Assembly (NCBI GenBank): GCA_963695875.1 | Contig: CAVOID010000008.1 | Location: 229,169 to 293,168 of the forward strand | Reading direction: 5' to 3' | DNA length: 64,000 bases | DNA from: an uncultured delta proteobacterium | GTDB taxonomy: Bacteria; Desulfobacterota; Syntrophia; Syntrophales; UBA2185 | In this document: piece by piece, positions 1 to 9,781 of the stretch | Numbering within the stretch: the stretch's first letter is position 1 | Layout of the letters: the number at the start of each line of letters is the position of its first letter | Notes under the pieces: model-generated | The model's database searches: none | Seen by the model: only the letters and a program-made list of their open reading frames with translations | What the model was told of the DNA's origin: nothing | Position numbers and translations under genes: made by a program

Positions 1-1
1 C

Positions 2-1207
2 AAGGCCTGGGCCATCTTGCAAACCGCGGATTTTCCGATCACTGTCAAGGATAATATCTCCAATGTCGTTGCCTTTGAGCTGGATCGGCTGACCCCGCTC
101 TCCCCCGAAAAGGCCTTCTATGACTTCCGGGTCATTCTGGAGGAGGAAAGCCGCCTTCAGATCATGCTTGCCGCAATGAGCAGCGACAGGTTACAGCCCT
201 ATGTAGATGCCCTCCAGGAAAGGGGAATAACCATCAAGCGGGTGGTTGTCGGCCTTCCTGCGCTGGGTACACTCAGCCATTATGTTCATGGAAAAGGAAA
301 TACGGGTTTTCTCGATATTCATGCTGATGGGTATGAAGGCGGGCTAATCCGTGACGGCAAATTGAAAAACACATTTACCGGGAACTTGGCTGCCGGTAAC
401 GAGCAGGAGAAAATCAACATTATTATTGGTGAGATCAATACTATTCTGGATGCGATAAGAGAAGAGGGTGGAATGCCTTCCGAGGTCTTTATTAATTGTT
501 CCTCATCCGGGAAGTGGAGGGCGGTTTTGCCGGATATGATCAATGCGCCGGTGCGGTTCTTTGGTGAGATAGATCTGAAGCTTCGCTTTTTAAAAACAAG
601 AAATAAAGAAGAGATACCCCATACGGCCCTCGGCGGCGTTCTGGAATCCTTGTGGCCTGGGGCACAGGGGATGAACCTTCTCGACAGAGGCATTCATAAA
701 CCTGTGAAAACGCCTCTGGCTGCAACAATTATCCTCATGTTTATTATTGCCGCTCTGGGGCTGTTCTGGTTGGTGTCACCTATCCAGATCGAAGAGAAGA
801 GGATCGCGGGAATCGACAGGGAAATCTCCGCCCGGAAGGATGAAGTCAAGAAAATTGAGGCCCTTAAAAAAGATTTGGAAGGTGTGGAAAAAGAGGTATC
901 CACTATTCGTGATTTCAAAGCTAACCGGCCCGTAGTGCTTAACCTGATGAAGGAGATGACCAGGGCTCTGCCTAAAAACACCTGGCTTTCCCGGATGCGA
1001 GTAACTGAATCCACCGTCGAAATTGAAGGCTATGCCTCCTCAGCCACAGATATTTTGCCGAAGCTGGAGGCTTCACCGTTTTTCAAGAAAGTTGAATTTG
1101 CCTCACCCACATTCAGGGATACGAGGCTGAATTCGGACCGCTTCATCATTAAAATGGAAATTGAAGGTTTACCGGAGGAAAAGGCAAAGAATGAAAAGAA
1201 AGAGTAA
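2..1207 (+). CDS. gspL: Type II secretion GspL / PilM-PilN-like inner-membrane platform protein (5' truncated by window edge)
   Basis: Frame is open from the window start. Cytoplasmic domain, one TM helix, a coiled coil and a PilN-like C-terminus (TWLSRMRVTESTVEIEGYA...LEASPFFKKVEF). Upstream of a gspM-like gene. Confidence 0.7.
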   Translation, partial: KAWAILQTADFPITVKDNISNVVAFELDRLTPLSPEKAFYDFRVILEEESRLQIMLAAMSSDRLQPYVDALQERGITIKRVVVGLPALGTLSHYVHGKGNTGFLDIHADGYEGGLIRDGKLKNTFTGNLAAGNEQEKINIIIGEINTILDAIREEGGMPSEVFINCSSSGKWRAVLPDMINAPVRFFGEIDLKLRFLKTRNKEEIPHTALGGVLESLWPGAQGMNLLDRGIHKPVKTPLAATIILMFIIAALGLFWLVSPIQIEEKRIAGIDREISARKDEVKKIEALKKDLEGVEKEVSTIRDFKANRPVVLNLMKEMTRALPKNTWLSRMRVTESTVEIEGYASSATDILPKLEASPFFKKVEFASPTFRDTRLNSDRFIIKMEIEGLPEEKAKNEKKE

Positions 1208-1745
1208 GATTCTGGTGATCGCCATTCCTCTCATGGTCATCCTCCTCGGTACGGTCATATACCAGTATGGTTATCTGAAGGTCCAGTCGGATTTGACTGC
1301 CATGGAAGATACAGAATCCGTCAAGTTGAGAACCCTGGAAAAATATATCAACCTGATCACCGACAAACCGCGCATCGAAGAGAAACTGGCGGCAACGAGG
1401 GAAACCAGAAAGGCGGAGAGCTCGAAAATGATCGAGGGACAGACACCTTCTGTCGCTGCCGCTACTCTCCAGAATTCGGTCAAGGGCATGATCACGGCCA
1501 GAGGAGGAAGCATATCCAGCGATCGAGTCGAAAAACCTGAGGATGCGGGAAAGTTCAAAATGATCACTGTAACCGTTGACGCGGTGCTGCCCGATACGAG
1601 AGCCCTAGGCGACACTCTGTACGCCATAGAGACGCAGACCCCCTATCTCGTTGTACGGGAGCTGGATACGAGGATCAGGAATTTCAAGGAGCCGCGGGAT
1701 CTAATGGTCAAACTGAAGGTATCGGGACTGACAGGAGGGAAATAA
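1191..1745 (+). CDS. gspM: Type II secretion GspM / PilO-like protein
   Basis: ATG at 1191 overlaps the gspL end. N-terminal TM helix, coiled coil, then AAATLQNSVK...LYAIETQTPYLVVREL, typical of the T2SSM_b type. Confidence 0.7.
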   Translation: MKRKSKILVIAIPLMVILLGTVIYQYGYLKVQSDLTAMEDTESVKLRTLEKYINLITDKPRIEEKLAATRETRKAESSKMIEGQTPSVAAATLQNSVKGMITARGGSISSDRVEKPEDAGKFKMITVTVDAVLPDTRALGDTLYAIETQTPYLVVRELDTRIRNFKEPRDLMVKLKVSGLTGGK

Positions 1746-1746
1746 G

Positions 1747-2463
1747 ATGGTCCGGATAAGATACATCTTACAAAGCATAAATGTCCTCAATGGCCTACTT
1801 ATCCTTGGTGTCGCCGTAGTATCTTATTTCACAGTCCTTCCTTTCTTGAATCTGGATATCCAAATGTCCCTCCCCCAGGCGAAGGAACCGGCTGCCGCCT
1901 TCGGCGAAAAGCCCGCTCTCTTGTATAATCCCTCTCCTGCCGATTATGCTGTGATCAGCGACCAGAATCTTTTTCACCCGGAAAGGAAGATTCCTCCGGA
2001 AAAGGCAGAAGAGAAGGCGATTCCAAGACCGGAAGTGGTTCTCTACGGTACCCTGATTACGGATGATATGAGTATCGCTTATGTCGAAGACAGGAAAGCC
2101 CCGTACTCGACACCTGGGAGGGGGAAGAGGCAGATCGCCCTTAAAAAGGGGGATCATCTGAGCGGATATGTTCTACAGCAGGTCGAGGCGAACCGCATCG
2201 TCCTTGTCAAGGGGGAAGATAAAATCGTGGTGATGTTGAATGACGGGGAAAAAAGAAAGGGAAGCGAAACCCCGACATCGCCTTCCCGGACAACACCCGG
2301 CGCCCCTACGCCGTCCGCATTTCCTTCACAAGTGTCTCCGCCAGCAGTTCCGCCTTACGCACCGGCTTTAACTACGCCAGGGACAGCACCGGGAGCGACC
2401 GGTACACAGACGCCTTATAGAACTAGAAGACCCTCTGTCATGCCGACGAGACCGGCACAGTAA
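1747..2463 (+). CDS. GspC-like T2SS protein with Pro/Thr-rich C-terminal tail
   Basis: N-terminal TM helix; NLFHPER motif and a beta-rich HR-like domain (VVLYGTLI...LKKGDHLSGYVLQQVEANRIVL); low-complexity tail; T2SS context. Confidence 0.55.
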   Translation: MVRIRYILQSINVLNGLLILGVAVVSYFTVLPFLNLDIQMSLPQAKEPAAAFGEKPALLYNPSPADYAVISDQNLFHPERKIPPEKAEEKAIPRPEVVLYGTLITDDMSIAYVEDRKAPYSTPGRGKRQIALKKGDHLSGYVLQQVEANRIVLVKGEDKIVVMLNDGEKRKGSETPTSPSRTTPGAPTPSAFPSQVSPPAVPPYAPALTTPGTAPGATGTQTPYRTRRPSVMPTRPAQ

Positions 2464-2501
2464 ACAATGCGCCTGTAATGGGCTGTCTGTTAGGGAAGCT
2501 G

Positions 2502-2535
2502 CACCAGGGGGATCATTTAACTGTGTCCACTGGTG
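2502..2535. terminator. Imperfect hairpin between convergent T2SS genes (possible bidirectional terminator)
   Basis: CACCAG...CTGGTG arms in the short gap between converging stop codons; no strong U tract. Confidence 0.3.
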
Positions 2536-2541
2536 GTTCGG

Positions 2542-4872
2542 TTACTTGATGCCGTTCTGTTTCTGTGGTTTTTCTTTGATAAGCTCTTCCTTCTTTATTC
2601 TTCCCTCACTTGATTCGGACATCTTGTCGATAAACTGCGTGGACATGTCCTTTGCTTCTTTCTGGTTTTTAATCACGTGAGGTGTCAGCAGGATGATGAG
2701 TTCTTGTCTTTTTATGTCATCTTCCGTGCTGCCGAATAGCCAGCCGATGATAGGTATCTTTGAAAGGAATGGTATGCCTGATCTTGATTTAGAAGTGTCT
2801 TCTCTGATGAGACCGCCAATAACGATTGTCTGGCCGTCCTGTACGACGAGATCTGTTGTCACATCGGTCTTGTCTAGGAGAATCTGCTGATCACCGGAAA
2901 GTGTAATAGTCTCAAAGGTGGAGATTTCCTGATAAATCTCCAGAGATACAAGACCGCCTGCGTTAATCCGGGGCTTTACTTTTAGAATGATACCTATGTC
3001 CCGGTACTGAAAAGTCCGCTGCGGGGCAATAGTGGTTGATCCGTATGTTTCCGTGGTTATCAGGGGGACCTGTTGGCCGACTTGAATCTTAGCCTCCCTG
3101 TTATCGGAGACAAGGATATGCGGGGCCGCCAATACTTTGGCTTTCGAATCCGTGGCAAGAGCCGTGATGAGGGCCCTGACTGTGCCTGCAGCATCTACAC
3201 CCACAAAAGTGAATCCACCGAGAGAAAGGTTATTCGGATCCACGGCTAGACCCTGCGGATTCATAGCAAACCTGGTTCCAATATCACCGCTGCCGCCGAA
3301 ATTACTAATATTACCCTTGAAAAGAGCAGAAATACCGAAACTGAGATTATCAGTCAGCGCTACAGAAGCTATCATGCCCTCGATAACTACCTGTCTTGGA
3401 ACGACATCGATCTCTTCGATGGTTTTTTTAATAGCAGCATAATCTTCCGGTGTGGACATAACAATTACCGTATTTGTGATCTCATCGGGGATTATTCTTG
3501 TAAAATCAGAAACGAGCATTTCTCCACCGGTGGATATCGTAGAAACCTGAGGCAAAGAAGAACTTGTAAGAACAGGGGCCGTTGGCGGTGAAGCAACCGG
3601 GGTCCCGGACGTCGTTCTGGAGGGAGGAGCGGCACGTTCCGTCGTAGCACCCTTCCCACCGAGGAATATCTGCTGCAGCAGATTGGCGATATCTTTTGCT
3701 TTGCTGTTCTGTACTTGATAGACAAAGACCTGAGGCTTCCTTTGCTTGAGCTTTTCGTTGTCAAATACGTCGATAAGCTTAAGCATGCGCCTTACATTGG
3801 CATCTGTATCCACGATAATAATCTGGTTTCCCTTCGGCACATCAATAAGAACGGCATTAGCCGAGGCAAAAGGCGCTATCAGTTTGAGGACTTCCGAGGA
3901 TTGGACATAGGTGATGGGAATTACCTGGAGCAGGGCCTTCCCCGTTATCGGAATCTTCGCCGGATCACGGCCGTAACTGACGGGCGAGGGTTCCTTCGAA
4001 ATGTCGCTGAGGGGGACAATCCTGTAGAGGCCGTTTTCCTCTACCACACCTATGCCGTTGAGTCTGAGGATGACCTCCATAAGTGGGAGCACACTCTCCA
4101 CGGGAACAGGAGCAATGGCCCGGAAAGTCACTCTTCCTTTTACACGGGGGTCAACAACATAATTGACCTTCAGGACCTCACCGAAAACGGTCTGGATGAT
4201 CATGTATACATCGGCATCGTCAAAATTCAGGGTAAACTGGCCTCTGCGGGGCGCTGGGCCAGGCGATGTCTGAAGATTTGATGGAAGTTGGGGTTGCTGT
4301 ATGCCGAACGGCCGCCTCAAACTGGCCGGTGGTAAAGGTCCCTGCGTCGGTTGAAGGCCCGGTGCGGTTAGGGTTGTCGGAATCTGGACCTCGCCGGTTT
4401 TATCTGCTTCATTCTTGTTTTGCCGCTGATCCTGTAGCGGTGATTCCACCTTTTGTCCCGGAATGCCGACAGTCTGACCTGACGCTGGTTCACCAGGTCT
4501 GACAGGTGTTTTCTGCATGGCTGAAGGCACCTGAGGCTCAGCCTTTTCATGGGTTGTAGCTGGTGTGTAGTTTTGGGGTTCAGCAGAATTTTTGTCAGGC
4601 AACTGAGGTAATATGACCTGCTGATCAGGTCTTGTTGCCTGTGGAGGAGATTGTGGCTGCTGTCTTGATTTAACATCAGTCGGGCCGGTTGACTGTTCCG
4701 GCGATTGCGCCTGCGCCCAGCAACATTCTTCCATGCCTAACATCGGCATGTGTAAACTGAAAATGCCAATTGATAGGATGAATATAATATACAAGGTAAA
4801 GAAGGATCGCTGTGTATACAAAATGCCTCCACGGTTTTTTTGTACAGAGTCTTGTGGCCTGACCTTCATCAA
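2542..4872 (-). CDS. gspD: Type II secretion secretin GspD
   Basis: LNFDDADV N0 domain, N domains, and secretin core motifs (PRQVVIEGMI, DNREAKIQVGQQVP, DGQTIVIGGLI, SGIPFLSKIPIIGWLF). Confidence 0.95.
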   Translation of the reverse strand: MMKVRPQDSVQKNRGGILYTQRSFFTLYIIFILSIGIFSLHMPMLGMEECCWAQAQSPEQSTGPTDVKSRQQPQSPPQATRPDQQVILPQLPDKNSAEPQNYTPATTHEKAEPQVPSAMQKTPVRPGEPASGQTVGIPGQKVESPLQDQRQNKNEADKTGEVQIPTTLTAPGLQPTQGPLPPASLRRPFGIQQPQLPSNLQTSPGPAPRRGQFTLNFDDADVYMIIQTVFGEVLKVNYVVDPRVKGRVTFRAIAPVPVESVLPLMEVILRLNGIGVVEENGLYRIVPLSDISKEPSPVSYGRDPAKIPITGKALLQVIPITYVQSSEVLKLIAPFASANAVLIDVPKGNQIIIVDTDANVRRMLKLIDVFDNEKLKQRKPQVFVYQVQNSKAKDIANLLQQIFLGGKGATTERAAPPSRTTSGTPVASPPTAPVLTSSSLPQVSTISTGGEMLVSDFTRIIPDEITNTVIVMSTPEDYAAIKKTIEEIDVVPRQVVIEGMIASVALTDNLSFGISALFKGNISNFGGSGDIGTRFAMNPQGLAVDPNNLSLGGFTFVGVDAAGTVRALITALATDSKAKVLAAPHILVSDNREAKIQVGQQVPLITTETYGSTTIAPQRTFQYRDIGIILKVKPRINAGGLVSLEIYQEISTFETITLSGDQQILLDKTDVTTDLVVQDGQTIVIGGLIREDTSKSRSGIPFLSKIPIIGWLFGSTEDDIKRQELIILLTPHVIKNQKEAKDMSTQFIDKMSESSEGRIKKEELIKEKPQKQNGIK

Positions 4873-5279
4873 TTCCAGCTTACCACATCTGCATCTTCTC
4901 CCTCACCGCCGGGAGAGCCGTCTCTACCGTAAGAAAAGAGGTCGTATTCTCCATGTGTACCGGGACACTGGTAAATATAGGGCTTGCCCCACGGGTCATT
5001 GGGCAGATCTTTCTTTAGGTAGGGGCCTTCCCACTTGTCGACATTGGGATTGACCATGAGGGCGATCAGACCCTCCTGCGTTGTAGGGTATCTCCCAGTG
5101 TCGAGCCGGAACTGATCCAGTGCCTGGCCCAGAAGTTCTATCTGCGCTTTCGCTGCTGACTGTTTGCCTTTACCGAGCTTCGGAAAAAGGCGTGGTCCCA
5201 CGAGAGCGGCAATAAGACCGATGATGACCATGACCACAAGAAGTTCCACAAGTGTGAACCCTTTTTTATTGGACTGCAT
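4869..5279 (-). CDS. gspG: Type II secretion major pseudopilin GspG
   Basis: Prepilin motif KKGFTLVELLVVMVIIGL; DTGRYPTTQEGL, GPYL, DPWG and SYGRDG motifs. ATG at 5279 preferred over TTG at 5300. Confidence 0.95.
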   Translation of the reverse strand: MQSNKKGFTLVELLVVMVIIGLIAALVGPRLFPKLGKGKQSAAKAQIELLGQALDQFRLDTGRYPTTQEGLIALMVNPNVDKWEGPYLKKDLPNDPWGKPYIYQCPGTHGEYDLFSYGRDGSPGGEGEDADVVSWN

Positions 5280-5571
5280 AGAAATATCTTTCCGATTCAA
5301 TTATTTCATTTCAATTAAAATGCTTAGCTAATATTTTACAAGCATCATTATATTTTTTCTGGCTTATTTTTCCATAGGTGAAGAAGCTTATCCCTTTGGC
5401 TAAATATATTATTTATATATCAGGAAATGGATGATAATAGTTACCAAGAAATAACTTTTTTGCAAAGACAGTTTCTGAATGCATATTCATTGTTCCTCTC
5501 TTTGATACAATGAGCTCCCAGCAAGAATCAATACCAAAATTGTCTGTCAGATCTAAACTGGATTTCACAGG

Positions 5572-6879
5572 CTAATTCTTCATAGAAGGTGGTTGGCCTG
5601 TCGTCTCAAGAACACGCATCCATACATTGCCCTCGGGATTGACCTGTGATCCCGAAGTAACCATCCGGAAAGGGATGTATACGTATTCATCCTTCACTAG
5701 CCCGACCATCATGCTTGTTTTACCTGCCATACCTGCATGAACAGCATACTGACCCAGGGCACCGCAATAGATACTATCGCTGGCATTGGCAGGGACACTG
5801 CGGATCGTGTAGCTTGGGTCTATATATTTCAGATTTATCTCCATACCCGTCTTCTTGAAATATTCTTCTATCTTTGCCTTTAAAAATAAGCCGATATCCA
5901 ACAGCTTTATATTACCAGATGCATCCTTTTCAACGAGCTCGTTATCTTTATGAATGAGCTCCTGGCCGGCGCCTTCCGCAAGAAGGATCACACAATGACC
6001 GCTTTTTTTCAGACGCTTCTCCAGGTTTTTGAGAAAACCGTTTTCTCCGTCAATATCGAAAGGTACTTCCGGAATCAGTACGAAATTGACATCTCCCTGT
6101 GCCAGTGCAGCGCCAGCCGCAATATGACCGGATTGGCGGCCCATAATCTTCACGAGTCCAATTCCCATGGGGGCGCCCTGCGCTTCAACATGCGAACACT
6201 GGATGACCTTGACCGCTTCGGAGATGGCTGTATCAAAACCAAATGTTTTCTGAATTAGGTTCAGGTCGTTGTCAATGGTCTTCGGGATGCCTATGACACT
6301 GATGTTAAGCTTTCTTTTTGTTACCTCTTCTGCGACAAATCTGGCGGCTCTCATAGTACCGTCGCCGCCTATACAGAAAAGTATATCGACATTCATGCGT
6401 TTTAATGTATTGACCATCTCGGCAGGATCCTGCATACCGCGTGATGAAGATAGAATGCTGCCTCCGGACGTATGGATGTCTTTTACAATATCCGGCTTCA
6501 ATTCCATTACCTGGTGGCCGAATTTTGGTATCAAACCCTGGAATCCGTATTTAATTCCCATAACGTTTGTTACTCCATATCGGTAAAAGAGTTCCATGAA
6601 AATTGCCCTTATGACATCATTGATACCAGGGCAGAGCCCCCCGCATGTCACAATCGCTGCCTTTGTTTGGACAGGATCAAAAAAAATCATTTCCCGTGGA
6701 CCTGCCACTTCAATTGATAGTGGTACTCCATCCGGAGTGGTTGAATCTTTGTAATGCTCCAGGTAGATATTAAAAAGAATTCGTTTGCTGTCGGATGTAT
6801 AGTAACTGACGCTCACCGGGGATGGTATGGTTCTCTCCCCCAGATCCTGAATGGTAAAATCATTCAATCCTTTATCCAT
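5572..6879 (-). CDS. pfkA: 6-phosphofructokinase, probably ATP-dependent (group X-like long form)
   Basis: TCGGLCPG, IGGDGT, GIPKTIDND, FGFDTA, MGRQSG and YIDPSY motifs. Confidence 0.92.
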   Translation of the reverse strand: MDKGLNDFTIQDLGERTIPSPVSVSYYTSDSKRILFNIYLEHYKDSTTPDGVPLSIEVAGPREMIFFDPVQTKAAIVTCGGLCPGINDVIRAIFMELFYRYGVTNVMGIKYGFQGLIPKFGHQVMELKPDIVKDIHTSGGSILSSSRGMQDPAEMVNTLKRMNVDILFCIGGDGTMRAARFVAEEVTKRKLNISVIGIPKTIDNDLNLIQKTFGFDTAISEAVKVIQCSHVEAQGAPMGIGLVKIMGRQSGHIAAGAALAQGDVNFVLIPEVPFDIDGENGFLKNLEKRLKKSGHCVILLAEGAGQELIHKDNELVEKDASGNIKLLDIGLFLKAKIEEYFKKTGMEINLKYIDPSYTIRSVPANASDSIYCGALGQYAVHAGMAGKTSMMVGLVKDEYVYIPFRMVTSGSQVNPEGNVWMRVLETTGQPPSMKN

Positions 6880-8342
6880 GCCTTTTCCCCTCCCGTGCTA
6901 TAACTGAATTAGCCGCGTTAATGCCGGATAATATCTCTCCCTCAAATCCGAGACCTGCCAGCAACATACCTCCCGTCACGTAAACATTACGCATATGTGT
7001 CCTATTTGATATGCTTGATAAGCCTAAAAAGGGACAGGATTGCATGCAATACTTCTGATTAACCACTTCCTGATTGTTTCTTGAAAGTTCGATGGCCTTG
7101 TCGATGTTGAGGAAATCAAGATTTTCCTGAAGGAAAGGAAGAAATGTCTCAAGGGACTGGAATGCGGCGTTAGATATCTCTTTTAGCCCTTCATCTTTCA
7201 GTAGTAGTGGAGATTCTTTCAAAAAAACAGTCGCACTTAATGCCCTTTTGCCGATGAGGGGCTCGTTTGGTGTCGCCTGCAGCGCTTATCTCCAAAAAAA
7301 TTAAATTATTATCCATGATCTTCCTGTTTTGGTCGACAATAACGGCAACATATGTTGCCATCTGTTCCGGAATGCACTTATCATGAACACCCATGTGTAA
7401 AGTAAACGGATAGTAAGCTGATTTAACTGACTTGAGCCTGCGTTCCAGACGGCGAAATTTTCTGTCATTAAGGAGAAATAATTTTAGTTTCTCCCATTTT
7501 GTACTTACGATGAGGTATCTTCCCTTGATTTTTGACAGTGTATCAGGTGTTTGAATATCGACGTCAATCCCCTTGTTGGCATTAATTCTGATAACGGAAC
7601 AATTATCTATGAGTTGACCTCCCGAATCCTCAAACCTAGATTTGATTGACTGCAAGAGTAAATCATTACCACCCTTGCAATAATACAGTCCCCTTAAGGG
7701 GAGAGACAGAGTATATGCTGATAGGATAGACGGTGTGCCGATATTCGAATCCGCATGAGAGTTTGAGAGGAGGGCGCTTTGTACCTCGAATACTCTTTTT
7801 AATGAGGGATTACTTTTGATCCTATTGAATGCTTTTGAAAGAGACAATCTTTCCCGCATAAGTGTTTGAATATTTTTAAAAAACATGGCAAGTTCTTTAT
7901 AACTTTTAGGGAACATATATGGTTTTTCACTTATCCATTGTCCAACAAGCTCACTGATCTTTAAAACCGGTGTATATAATTTATGAATATCTCCAGCATG
8001 ACCGGTGAATTCTCTTTCCATCTCCCTAAGCAGTTTCTCTTGATCACAAAAGAAATCAATCCGGTGATCAGGCAGGATGATTTGCAGACCTGGATCCAGC
8101 AAACACAGACCATTGCACTCCGTGATGGATATCCCAAGATCAGCTGATAGACGAGAGCATATCTGTGTTGGGCCGAAGCCGGCTAACGGTGATGGATCAA
8201 CGTTGAAGGTATAACCTGATTCCGTATATGTATATTGAACATTACCTTCGGATACAAGAATAGTTTTTATCCCATTGTGGGAAAGCATGGCGGCCGCAAT
8301 TAATGAGCTTAAATCATTACCGACGATAATAGTATCATACAT
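6872..8342 (-). CDS. FAD-dependent oxidoreductase, phytoene-dehydrogenase-like (one frameshift near 7250)
   Basis: N-terminal dinucleotide-binding region (YDTIIVGNDLSSLIAAAML) and C-terminal NVYVTG...GLG. ORFs 7191-8342 and 6872-7222 join via a frameshift. Confidence 0.7.
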
Positions 8343-8579
8343 GTTCTAAAAAAGAGATCCAGGAATACGATTGGACTTAGATTTTTTGATAATCCGTATA
8401 TATTTCCGAAGAAAGTAGCCGGCCGCGATTATGGGCACATCGAGAGACTGTCAGGATAGGATTACGCAGTCGCATTCCGGGAATTCGCATGCTGCCTCTT
8501 ATTCTGACCCTAGTGCAAATATTTCTTTTCCTCTTTCGGTGTAAAACTGAATGGCCTGAGTAGAAATCCTGTCTTACTA

Positions 8580-9623
8580 TTATATAAATGATATTGATGG
8601 CTGGTCTGTTTCTCTTTTTTCTATGAAACCGATGGCATATGCCTTTTCTCCCAATATTCCAAGGCGCTCGATCACTTCAGACGCATCTTTTTCGGGTACG
8701 ACAATCATCATACCTATACCCATATTAAAAACTCTGTACATTTCCATTTCATCGATGCTTCCTATTTTCTTGATAATGTCAAAAATGGGTGGAATGTTCC
8801 AGCTGCCTTTTAAAATAACCGCCCGACATTGACTGGGCAAAATGCGCGGTACGTTATCAATATATCCACCGCCCGTGATATGAATAATACCTTTGATGCT
8901 GAAGTTCTTGATTAAATTCAAGATGGATTTCACGTAAATTTTTGTCGGACGAAGAAGTTCCATGCCAATGGAAGAATCGAGATCATTGACATTGTCGTGG
9001 ATACCTAGTTTCCCCTTTTCGAACAGGATCTTTCTTGCAAGTGAAAAGCCATTGCTGTGTATACCGTTAGAGGAAATACCGATTATCCTTTCACCAACAC
9101 GGATTTCTGAACCATCAACTATTCTATCAGCCTCCACTACTCCGACGCAAAAACCCGCCAGGTCATATTCACCTTCTTTATAAAATGCCGGCATTTCAGC
9201 AGTTTCTCCGCCGATAAGCGCACAACCTGCCTCGCGGCATCCTTTAACGATGCCTTCAATGATCTTTATGCTTTGATCTACATCAAGCTTTCCTGTTGAG
9301 ATGTAGTCATGAAAAAAGAGCGGTTCTGCTCCCTGTACTACTACATCGTTGACAGACATTGCAACAAGATCGATACCGATGGTATCATGCTTATCCATCA
9401 ATTGGGCAATCTTTAACTTTGTTCCAACACCATCAGTGGATGAAACCAGTACAGGATTACTATATTTACCGATATCAAGATGAAACAGACTCCCGAAACC
9501 ACCAATGGCGCTCATAACCTCCTTGCGATAAGTGGATTTTATAAGTGGTTTAATCCTGTCAACAAAGAGATTAGCTTTGTCTATATCAACGCCTGCATCC
9601 TTATACGAAAATTTTTTCTGCAT
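8580..9623 (-). CDS. purM: Phosphoribosylformylglycinamidine cyclo-ligase (AIR synthetase)
   Basis: YKDAGVD, TDGVGTK, GGETAEMP, HSNGFSL, HITGGG and FNMGIG motifs. Confidence 0.97.
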   Translation of the reverse strand: MQKKFSYKDAGVDIDKANLFVDRIKPLIKSTYRKEVMSAIGGFGSLFHLDIGKYSNPVLVSSTDGVGTKLKIAQLMDKHDTIGIDLVAMSVNDVVVQGAEPLFFHDYISTGKLDVDQSIKIIEGIVKGCREAGCALIGGETAEMPAFYKEGEYDLAGFCVGVVEADRIVDGSEIRVGERIIGISSNGIHSNGFSLARKILFEKGKLGIHDNVNDLDSSIGMELLRPTKIYVKSILNLIKNFSIKGIIHITGGGYIDNVPRILPSQCRAVILKGSWNIPPIFDIIKKIGSIDEMEMYRVFNMGIGMMIVVPEKDASEVIERLGILGEKAYAIGFIEKRETDQPSISFI

Positions 9624-9781
9624 TTTATTACCAATAGGTCTGTAAGATGGGGATCAGCTTTAGCCTAATTAAGTCCAAATGTCAATTCTTTACTTGCGAA
9701 AAATGCGAATATCTGTTAACAGCGTGCAATCCTTGTATTTGAAATTATTATATTTATATAAAGCTTAAAAGATTTGAGCCT

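Noticed and set aside
2693..5053. Long + strand ORFs opposite gspD/gspG (e.g. 3715-4281, 188 aa)
   Set aside because: Antisense shadows of well-supported genes, with no recognisable motifs.
8378..8490. 37-codon minus-strand ORF (MRIPGMRLRNP...) with an AAGAGG RBS, and a loose SRP-like UCAGG...GCAG spacing on +
   Set aside because: No homology cue for the peptide. The SRP GGAA-tetraloop stem is absent, so it is not called as ffs; kept only as an unassigned structured RNA candidate.
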